20,000 bases of DNA from an uncultured virus (IMG/VR IMGVR_UViG_3300012988_000018) (taxonomy: Duplodnaviria; Heunggongvirae; Uroviricota; Caudoviricetes). Below are positions 1 through 8,300 of this stretch, in pieces (within the stretch, counting starts at the first letter, position 1; every line of letters starts with the position of its first letter). The DNA lies in the IMG/VR virus record IMGVR_UViG_3300012988_000018; one strand, given 5' to 3'. Made by a program: the position numbers and the translations under genes. Under the pieces are notes generated by a model. It was not told the origin of the DNA and searched no databases. It worked only from the letters and a program-made list of their open reading frames with translations.

Positions 1-230
1 GTGACACGTGTCGTCAGCGTCTTAGAGATCGCTGTCTTGGCACATTCCATCCCACAGGTCTTCTGGCCCCTGAAACGATAGGCGACGGTGAACGTCTTGC
101 TGCACGTTTCACACGTCAGGGTAACAGGATCGAAGCGTTTCGCGAAGCAATCGTGTGAACAGTACTTCTTGTCCTTCTTGTGTGACTTGAAGCTGATCCC
201 ACATTTTTGACAAGTGTAGTCATGCACCAT
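1..230 (-). CDS. Partial gene (runs off left edge): N-terminal zinc-finger repeats, probably of a free-standing homing endonuclease
   Basis: Not in ORF track. My translation from ATG at 230: MVHDYTCQKCGISFKSHKKDKKYCSHDCFAKRFDPVTLTCETCSKTFTVAYRFRGQKTCGMECAKTAISKTLTTRV. It has two CxxC...CxxxC units like the N-terminus of the endonuclease at 1515-2408. The nuclease domain is not visible. Confidence 0.7.
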   Translation of the reverse strand, partial: MVHDYTCQKCGISFKSHKKDKKYCSHDCFAKRFDPVTLTCETCSKTFTVAYRFRGQKTCGMECAKTAISKTLTTRV

Positions 231-236
231 CAAGTA

Positions 237-265
237 ATGATACAACGCTTTGTTAAGATGTTTAC
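237..265 (-). promoter_or_regulatory. Candidate promoter for a leaderless transcript of the zinc-finger gene
   Basis: -10-like TATCAT (242-237) ends 6 nt before the ATG at 230, with no SD. The -35 position reads GTAAAC (weak). Confidence 0.35.
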
Positions 266-280
266 CAGTAGAAAATCGTC

Positions 281-1552
281 CTAGAAGTCTAACCTGACGC
301 GGAACGTGAGGTCCCTCTCTGGTGACTTCTCCACGGGCCGAGACAGCTTCGCAACCGCGAGTAAGTTGTCGTTTGCGTCATACATGCCGACGCTGGTCAC
401 GAAGGTGAACGACTGTTGCGTGTCCTCCTGACCGATGTCGATGACCTGGATCCTGTTGTCAGTGTCCGTGTACGTTGGGTTCGACGAGTAGTTAAACTCG
501 TCTGCCTGTGAGCGACAGAAGATCAGGGTGCTGTTGATGTTAGTGACGTTTTGGAACGTGATGGCTGTCTGTGAGCCCGATCCGAACCGACATGACGCGA
601 TGTGATCGATGATGTTGTCGATCGAGGCACTGGTCACGAAGTCCGGGATCATCACTGACGAGGTCTGGGTCTGGGTGCCTGGGCCGCCTAAGGTTATCCT
701 TCCAAGCGGGTGCATGGCGTCGATCGTTCCCGACATGTACTGGCTCGCGCTGGTCACCTTCGACATGTCGAGGATGACGATGCCACGATCGTAGAACATC
801 AGGCCGACGTTACGTGCCGTGTTCGCTGAGTCGACGATGTTTCCGACCTGGCCACCGAACGACGTCAGTTTATTGGTCGCTGCTCCGATGTCCGTGTAGA
901 TAGCTGAGCCTGACGTCGAGGTGACGTAAAGATTTGGTGGTTGTAGCTGCGACTCAGCGGGAGCTGTGCCAGTAGCGTTGTAGTTGATCGACGCCGTCTG
1001 AAAGAACTTCATGGCAAACGTCTCTCGTTTGATCTGATCACGAGCAAAGAGACGCTTGAATGCGATGAACAGGCCCACGTCGATCTGGTCCGCGACGTCA
1101 GACGAGTCAAAGGGCGCCGTGAAGGCCTGCGTTGAATCTCCCAACAACGTGGCAGCGAACTGGCGATACACTTCCATCTTCTCACGCATCATCAACGATG
1201 ACGATGGAAACAGTTCCTTGCCTGCGGCATCAGTTCCCGTCTTGGTCACTGCAACAGTGTTACCATCTGGGAACAGGCCAACCGTCATGTCAAGGACAGG
1301 GTTAGCGGTCTGCAGCGTGAAATCCTGATCAAAGATCGTCTGGAACAACGAGCTCGTCACACCAGGACCGACACCTCCTGTCACGAAAACCTGGTACTTG
1401 CGACGGGAGACTGAACTGCTAACGTCTTCCTGGAGAACGTCTATAAGCTGATTCAGAAAACTCCTCGCTGTCTTAATGTCCGACGGCAAAATTTCTTTGA
1501 AGATTGCGATTTTTCTACCCTCCGAGTTTGACAACGATTCCGGAGTAATCAT
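281..1552 (-). CDS. Putative virion structural protein (baseplate/tail-collar-like C-terminus); start uncertain (ATG 1552 or ATC 1510)
   Basis: 423-aa ORF. The C-terminus FVTSVGMYDANDNLLAVAKLSRPVEKSPERDLTFRVRLDF resembles the hGh(F/Y)DxxxxLhAV motif of phage tail-collar/baseplate proteins. It is the last intact gene of the structural block in this window. Confidence 0.65.
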   Translation of the reverse strand: MITPESLSNSEGRKIAIFKEILPSDIKTARSFLNQLIDVLQEDVSSSVSRRKYQVFVTGGVGPGVTSSLFQTIFDQDFTLQTANPVLDMTVGLFPDGNTVAVTKTGTDAAGKELFPSSSLMMREKMEVYRQFAATLLGDSTQAFTAPFDSSDVADQIDVGLFIAFKRLFARDQIKRETFAMKFFQTASINYNATGTAPAESQLQPPNLYVTSTSGSAIYTDIGAATNKLTSFGGQVGNIVDSANTARNVGLMFYDRGIVILDMSKVTSASQYMSGTIDAMHPLGRITLGGPGTQTQTSSVMIPDFVTSASIDNIIDHIASCRFGSGSQTAITFQNVTNINSTLIFCRSQADEFNYSSNPTYTDTDNRIQVIDIGQEDTQQSFTFVTSVGMYDANDNLLAVAKLSRPVEKSPERDLTFRVRLDF

Positions 1553-2408
1553 TACTCTTGTGGCTCGCCAGGAACTCTTTATCAGTGATTCTAACTAACT
1601 TCTTACCTTGAGAAAGGAACCATTCGTCTTTTCTGCGATCAATATCGTACGAACTTTTTCCATTGGGATGCAACTGATCGTAAGGTTTGTCTAGACCGTG
1701 CCAAAACTCACCATCAAGTTCAACGTATACGTCAAGTGTTTTGACATAAGCGTCAATCAACCAAGGCTTTTTTCCGCCATGATCGATTTTTACTTGTTGA
1801 TCAATGTTGTCATGACCGTAACGCAATCGTAACCACTCAAGCAACAGCATCTCTGGTTTTGAAATGATCCAAGAACCAACTCGGCTTGCTGTCGTTCTGT
1901 ATCCCTTTTGACCTGCTTCACTTAAATTCGTTCGATTCTCAGGCAACGCCAGAGGATCCTTACCGAAACGCTTTATCACTGTCGCCTTTCTCTTTGCCTT
2001 CGGTCCGCGTGCTTTCAGCGGATGTTCTGCACCGTGACGCTCTATCATCGTTCGCTTGAACCTAGCATTCGATAATGACGTTGGCATCGATGGAGAGCTG
2101 GCCCCTGTGGTAACCAACCTAGAAGCAATCATCTTCTCGCTTGCGCCGGCGACCTGCGATGAGAACTCGACGCCGTAACGAGCGAGCTTTGTTTGCTTCC
2201 ACTGCTGTGCCAGTTTTCCGTTCGATCGACTCTTCTTGTTGCACGCTTTCGAACAAAACGTGAGCGCTCCGTTAGTTGAGTGAGCGAGCTTGTGACCATG
2301 CACGAACTCTTTTCCGCACTCATCACAGTTGAACACGTCACGACGGCGAACCTGTTGGGTGTTCCAACGCTTATGAAGATATGTCTCATCAATCGTCTTA
2401 ACGAACAT
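1515..2408 (-). CDS. Free-standing homing endonuclease, Vsr/DUF559-like PD-(D/E)XK nuclease with N-terminal zinc finger
   Basis: CDECGKEF...FCSKAC zinc finger; three K-x-T-x-x-x-R-(Y/H/F)-G repeats; C-terminal SKPE...LIDAYV...VELDGEFWHG...D..KD...LVRI. Start moved from 2438 to ATG 2408 (297 aa) on promoter geometry. DNA looks more AT-rich than its neighbours by eye. Confidence 0.85.
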   Translation of the reverse strand: MFVKTIDETYLHKRWNTQQVRRRDVFNCDECGKEFVHGHKLAHSTNGALTFCSKACNKKSRSNGKLAQQWKQTKLARYGVEFSSQVAGASEKMIASRLVTTGASSPSMPTSLSNARFKRTMIERHGAEHPLKARGPKAKRKATVIKRFGKDPLALPENRTNLSEAGQKGYRTTASRVGSWIISKPEMLLLEWLRLRYGHDNIDQQVKIDHGGKKPWLIDAYVKTLDVYVELDGEFWHGLDKPYDQLHPNGKSSYDIDRRKDEWFLSQGKKLVRITDKEFLASHKSNDYSGIVVKLGG

Positions 2409-2415
2409 CAAACAG

Positions 2416-2444
2416 AAGGTAACACTTCTTTGATGCATCGTAAA
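2416..2444 (-). promoter_or_regulatory. Sigma70-like promoter of the endonuclease gene (probably leaderless)
   Basis: TTTACG (2444-2439), 17-nt spacer ending TGT (extended -10 TGn), TACCTT (2421-2416), then 7 nt to ATG 2408. Confidence 0.55.
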
Positions 2445-3161
2445 TTACAGATTCTTGTCAATGATGACGCCGATGTCCTTGACGGCTCCTGATTGGACGC
2501 CGGTCACCTTGACGAAGACCTTGATGCGAGACTTGTTGGCCGTCGTCCCATAGACCGTGAACAGCGCGTCCGTCAGGCTCTTCACTGACAGAGTGAACTG
2601 TACCGAGCTGCCACCAAAGCTGTTCTCAGCAGGCGACCTGGTCAGGATGTAGGTGGCGCGCTGTTGTCCATCGATGTTTTCTGGCGTTTGGCTCAAAACT
2701 TGCATGAAGAGGTTCGGAACCTCGATGATGAACGTCTGATCGCGAAGCTCTACGTCGATCGTCGTCTCGTTCTTGATCGTCTGCTCGACAGTGGCAGTCG
2801 CCGTCTTTTGTTGGTTACGACCCAGGGTGATGACACCATTCAGGCTGTCGACGTTAGCGTCACCTGATAGCGACATCGTCGGCAGGCGAAGCAGGTTTGG
2901 GTTTGACACGCTGATCAGCTTGTACTTCTGCGAGTGTTGTTGGTTGGTCAACGCCTCAAAGATCGGAGTGTTCTTCTCGATCTTCTCCTTGCCGACAGTA
3001 CGACCGTACTTGCTGATGACGTTGTAGTTGACCTCATCATCGCCCAGAGCGAACTTGTGAATTGAGAACGAGCCGTCGTTGCGAGCCAAGAACTGACGTC
3101 CAATGTCTGTCAACACGGCATCAAGGACGATATTATTACTCGAGTGATCAAGAAATCCCAT
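2445..3161 (-). CDS. Putative virion structural protein with tail-collar/baseplate-like N-terminus
   Basis: 238-aa ORF with SD AAGGA upstream. N-terminus MGFLDHSSNNIVLDAVLTDIGRQFLA...IHKFALGDDEVNY; beta-strand-rich C-terminal part. Confidence 0.7.
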   Translation of the reverse strand: MGFLDHSSNNIVLDAVLTDIGRQFLARNDGSFSIHKFALGDDEVNYNVISKYGRTVGKEKIEKNTPIFEALTNQQHSQKYKLISVSNPNLLRLPTMSLSGDANVDSLNGVITLGRNQQKTATATVEQTIKNETTIDVELRDQTFIIEVPNLFMQVLSQTPENIDGQQRATYILTRSPAENSFGGSSVQFTLSVKSLTDALFTVYGTTANKSRIKVFVKVTGVQSGAVKDIGVIIDKNL

Positions 3162-3305
3162 GCGATTTTTCCTTAGCGTTCAGTCTTTGCCCGGGGCATG
3201 ATGACGCAGCGTACTTCCAAATATATCCCCTACGTGTAATCCGATGACCGCATAAGTTTGGCCTGTCGAACAACATCGTACCATGCTCAGCGTCTACGTT
3301 AAACG

Positions 3306-5330
3306 TCACTGGCTGATGACCTTTCGAGCCTGTGATCGACGGCGGGTGCCGAACCTAACCTCAGGGAACGACATGACCCTCGCCGCCAGACGAATCTGGT
3401 CGTTGATCGTGATCGTTGCAGTGGCACTCTTTTGGCTGTCAGTATTGATGAACTGCAGCTTGTAGCTTCCTCCCGTCTGTTTGGTCGCGATGACGCGTTG
3501 GTTTCTCTCCTCGTCATCATAGAGGTAATAGTACTCGGGATTGAAGTACAGCTTCAGTTGCTTGCTGTTTGGCCCTGACACGCGGATGGTGTCGACGAAC
3601 GTGTCTGCTTCGAGGTACAGGTTCGGGTATGGTTTCGGAGCACCGGTGTGGCTGATCAGCCTCTTCTGAAGCTGGTTCTTGAAAGGGTCGAACCAGACCT
3701 CATACTGAGCTGAGAAGTTTGACGTGTAACCATGAGCATCGATGGCAGCGATGGCATAGATGAACGTTGACGAGAATGGGCTACGTTCGTGGCTGCCACG
3801 TTGCGTCTGTTGGTCCTCATGAAAATTGTGAAGACCGACCTGAAAGTCATCATCGTAAAAGAACGAACACGGTGACGTCAGGTGTTCGACCAAGGTGGGA
3901 TCTGGGTTCTCACCGTTCTCAAACTTCACCAAAGAATCATCGAAATCGTACATCTTGATCAACTCAAACGGGTGATCGACGTCTCGGCGGCGAAACACCT
4001 GAAATTTCTTGATGTCACGCTGTGAGTTTGGTGGGAACGTCCAGTGAACCAACAGGCTACCCGGGACACCCGTTCCTGGCAGCGGCAGGCCTGTCAGTTG
4101 GTCATGTTCTTGCGTTGCTGGGTTAACACGTTCATAGTTCCACGTGAAGTTTAGGTCAGTAGGAGCTGGTGGTGCGGTCGTCTCGATGGTGTTGATGAAG
4201 ACCTGGTTTGATGGCTTAGAGCTGACGAGGATCTTTAGCATCGCTACGTCACCTGTGTCATCATCGATGCCCGGGATGGTGAACTGAGCGACGGTCCTGA
4301 TCGCGTACATGTACCTTGCATTGTACTTGATCTGAAAGTCTGCTGTCAGGTTTACGTTTGGGTTATCGATGATGATGGGACTGAGGCTCTTGGAACTTCC
4401 ATCAACAGTGATCTCAGTCTTGTCAATGATGTAACCCACGATCTCGGGACCCTGTTGGTCAGCTTGAAACGCTGTGGTCCGGACCTTTATGTCGATGAAC
4501 GGTACGAACGTCTTGAAGTCATCTTCGGAAACGCTCACTGACGAGCGCTGCACGACCTGGTGTTGCAGCTTCTTCGTGTACTTGTGCATGTTGCTGAGGT
4601 CGGTCGTGAAGGGCGAATGCGGGTCACGGATCGTCCTGTTCGTGATGTCATGAAACAGCTTGCTGTTTATCTGAGCGTTGACAGCAACGTTCTTCAGTCT
4701 CTGAAAGTAGGAATCGAAGATCCTTTGACCGTTGTCATTGAAGAACCTAGACCCATGCGCCCTTGAGGGCATCGTCAACGCCTTGAAGAGAAAGTGGGGT
4801 TTGATGTGCTTTGGTGTCAAGGCTGACAGCTGCTGTGCTGCCTTATAGTGACTGACGTTGGTGTCCGTGCTCTGTTCGAGGGTATGCAAGGCGTATGAAC
4901 CTGACACGAAATAGTGGATCTTGTCATCGATCTCGGCGTCGTGAAAGTTAACAGCGACGTAATTGTCAGTCGCAAACTGGTCTTCTGTCACGACCTTGTC
5001 GATGTTGTCAGCGATCAATGACCCGTTTTGAGCGTTTGTCTTAAAGACGTTGTTCCTCTGCTGGAGATCCGTTACCTGGTTGCCAGGGTCAACTAGCTTC
5101 GGAAGCTTCCATGAGAACGTCACCGAACGGGGCGCTCGAGTCACAGAATACTGAATGAAAGCTGCATCGATCTCATCAGCCTGTCGCTGCAGGACCTTTA
5201 CTGGCACGCCCCCTGTTTCAGAAACGCTTTCGTCAGGTGTGAAAAAGTTGTAGTTGAACGTGCCTTCGAACCTCTGAATCTCTGGGACGTCGACAGCGTA
5301 AATCTCTCTTGAAGGTAACGAGACGCTCAT
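3306..5330 (-). CDS. Large hypothetical (probable structural) protein with FnIII-like domain(s)
   Basis: 674-aa ORF starting 3 nt after the upstream stop. PPAPTDLNFTW...LLVHWTFP...FQVFRR...FIYAIAAIDAHGYTSNFS matches the FnIII strand pattern. Confidence 0.65.
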   Translation of the reverse strand: MSVSLPSREIYAVDVPEIQRFEGTFNYNFFTPDESVSETGGVPVKVLQRQADEIDAAFIQYSVTRAPRSVTFSWKLPKLVDPGNQVTDLQQRNNVFKTNAQNGSLIADNIDKVVTEDQFATDNYVAVNFHDAEIDDKIHYFVSGSYALHTLEQSTDTNVSHYKAAQQLSALTPKHIKPHFLFKALTMPSRAHGSRFFNDNGQRIFDSYFQRLKNVAVNAQINSKLFHDITNRTIRDPHSPFTTDLSNMHKYTKKLQHQVVQRSSVSVSEDDFKTFVPFIDIKVRTTAFQADQQGPEIVGYIIDKTEITVDGSSKSLSPIIIDNPNVNLTADFQIKYNARYMYAIRTVAQFTIPGIDDDTGDVAMLKILVSSKPSNQVFINTIETTAPPAPTDLNFTWNYERVNPATQEHDQLTGLPLPGTGVPGSLLVHWTFPPNSQRDIKKFQVFRRRDVDHPFELIKMYDFDDSLVKFENGENPDPTLVEHLTSPCSFFYDDDFQVGLHNFHEDQQTQRGSHERSPFSSTFIYAIAAIDAHGYTSNFSAQYEVWFDPFKNQLQKRLISHTGAPKPYPNLYLEADTFVDTIRVSGPNSKQLKLYFNPEYYYLYDDEERNQRVIATKQTGGSYKLQFINTDSQKSATATITINDQIRLAARVMSFPEVRFGTRRRSQARKVISQ

Positions 5331-5333
5331 CTG

Positions 5334-8300
5334 TCAGACCTGGTCCTCTCCGTACGTTTCGATTGTCACGAAATACTTTTCAAACGTAAGATCGCCTTGG
5401 TTCTTATCACGATCTCGAAAGCGAAACGCAGCATGGTTTGGCGCAGCCCGACCTTGGACGAACGGACGACCAGACGGATAGTTGTTCAGGTTGAGCATGG
5501 CAAAGCGAACCATGTTACGAGACGTGTAATTCTCTGTCGCTGGGATGATGTCACCCTTGAGGATCATTTGCTTGAGCGCCGCGGTTCCCTGTGGGGTTTG
5601 AACCGTCTTATCGTAATCAATCTCAAACTCATCTGGATCGACGATAACGTTAAAGACACGATCGAACGTTTTGGGCGACACTATTCTCTTAGAGACAGCA
5701 ACGGGATCTGCTAGAGGCGTTACCATGTGTGTTAGATTGCTTATCGTTCTCAATCCATGTAACATCACCGGAATGTTACGATGTGACACTGACGATAGGT
5801 TAGACTCTAGCGTGCCGATCGACTGCTGTGCAGCGAGCGTCTTGACGATGGGTTGGGCTTGGATCTTGCTAAACTGAGTGCTTGGTCCTATTGAACCTGC
5901 GATGCCCGAAGCGTTGCTTAGCTGAGGATACGTCGATGCTTTCGGTGATGTCGTCTTAGAAGGCGTGTAACCAACCTTTCGAGGCGACGTAGTGCTAAAT
6001 AAGACCCCTCCCGTGGGAGCGTGAGTCTCTGGGCTCGAGACGTTTTGGACGGTGAAGAGATTGGTCGTATACGCAACGTAGTGTTCCGTCAACGTCTTTG
6101 TGAAATCAATGTCCATGGGCTTGTCTTGCTCGACCAGATCAAAGTGGTGATCACCGAGATCGATCCCGGTCGTGAGCTTGGCATAAACCTCTAACATGTA
6201 GCTCATCACGTGATTGTTGATGATCTCGTTTTTTTCCTGTTGGGTCAAGAAGTCATACGTCTCATCTGCAAACGCTGCCTTACGTCCATTGTTGATGTCG
6301 TCAGTATTGAGTGACCAGTAGGTGATCTCAGTAGCCGTCGCTTGGCTCTGGCCAAAGTCTCTCGTCGGTATGGCGTGGGCGATGTCTGACATCGATGGCC
6401 TCTCGGGAATCTGCAAGAACCAATGGTCATTTCGAACTGGAAACCTTGACAGCTCGAACAACATCCTCTTTGGCTTGTATATGATGTCGCTGTTCTCCAG
6501 GTCGACCTTGTACACGACCACCGACACGATGTCACTTTGCTTATCAATGAAGGTTGACTTTTTCAGGTTGTTCAGGCTGACGCGTTGTTTCAAGCGGCGT
6601 GTAAAGCCCAACGGGATCCCAACAGTGATGATCTTCTTGTTGTAACCTTTCTTTGACGCAAAATCGTCTGTCCCAAACGTGCTGTAAACTGCGTTCCTCA
6701 GCCTTGGTGACACGACGGAATCATCAAGTATCTTCAGTTCGTCGTCAGCGTCAAAGTCTCCGTCGCCATCAACGTCACCGTTGTCTGGTAACGCATCACG
6801 TTGTGAGATCCGATCGTTCAAATCATGAACCGTCGAGGCCAACAACATGATTTGTTGCTCGCTCATCAACATCTTCACCAGGTCTGGGTTGTTGATGATT
6901 GTGACGAGTTCGTTCAGCTTTGAGATCGCTGGCGGACTTTTCAGGTAATTCGAGTAGTTCTTAAACGCGCCAGACAGTTTCTGAAGCGTGTTCATCGCAG
7001 TGTAAATCAGCTTGTGATTTAACGCGACCTCTTTCTCCATGCGAGTGGTTAAGTCGCTAGCCGAAGCCTTGTGATTGGTCGTCGTCTTCGTGATATTGAA
7101 CGTCAAGACGCTACGAATGTAATTCGTCGACACCAGCTTTTGGTCGTTGTAACAAGAGACCATTTGGATGATCGTGTCAAAGACGGCCATCATGATCGAG
7201 GTGTCTAGGTCACCGCTGAAGCGTGTTCGACCGTCGACCATCGCGCTATCGTTGGTCCTGAACGACGAAAGGATCTGTTGCATCAAGCCCTCAACGAATT
7301 TCGTCAACACTGTGCCTTGCTTGAACGACGCTGTCATGACGTCTGATGACATGGTAGACGACAGCTTGCCTGGCGCACTAAGCCTCGGAGGTTGAGGTTT
7401 GTTGGTCACGAGCATCTGTGGGATCGATTTTTCGATCTCAGAAACGATGTCCTTTATCAACGCATCAGTCAAGGGAGTGTTATCGCTTGACAGCGAATTC
7501 AAGTTGAAAAACGGGAGGCTGATGATCGGAAAGTACGATCGAGTGATCTTTGCGATCGTGTATATGAACAATGCTGACTTAACGTGGGGGTTGGTCGCAG
7601 CGAAGTTATACACAGAACCTAGGTTGTCATTCAGGACTGCGGGTAACGTGTTTCCCGTCTTAGGATCCAACAAGTTCTTCATCGACGTTTGAATGAAATC
7701 TGACGGACTAGACAATATCGATGAGAACTGTGACTGTGTGCGGTCGTACGGGTCGTACGTTCTGACGCCCAACAGGTTCATTCCATTGACAACGATGCTA
7801 AAAGAGTTGAAAGCCTTCTCAAACAGGTCACCACCTTCGTCAAGGTTAGCTGTGTTAAATCCTATCGCATTCGCTCCGTCAAGGACGCTATCAACGTAAT
7901 ACGTTCCCCCTGGCGTCAGCGTACCCGTGTCGCCGTCAACGTACTTTGATTCGAACGTCAGCACAGCGGCGCCAGACGTCGTCTGGCGCTGGGCGATGTT
8001 TGCGAGAGAGTTGGTCTGTGTCGCAGGAAAATCGCTGATGTTGTTTCCGAACTTTCCAACGATCGATTCAAACACACCGACATTGTCTGAGGGAGAAACC
8101 TGGTAATTGAACCCACTGGACAACGCGTCCTGAACGTCACGCTGTGACATGCCGTGAGAATAACGAAATTCTTTCGAGATCAGGTTGGTCAGCGCCGCGA
8201 TTTGGGCTTCCTGGCTCTTGAAGTGTACGTTCTGGTACAAGACGCTGTATGCTTGTGATATCGTGCTGACGGCTTTGTTGATCTGATTCGGTTTGATGGT

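Noticed and set aside
1510..2444. Group I intron or intein enclosing the endonuclease
   Set aside because: The flanks leave no room for a ribozyme core (36 nt upstream, 4 nt downstream), no fitting splice junction was seen, and the nuclease has its own stop.
3162..3305. tRNA or structured ncRNA in the largest intergenic gap
   Set aside because: No cloverleaf or T-loop motif; only a 4-bp stem (TGCC/GGCA) was seen.
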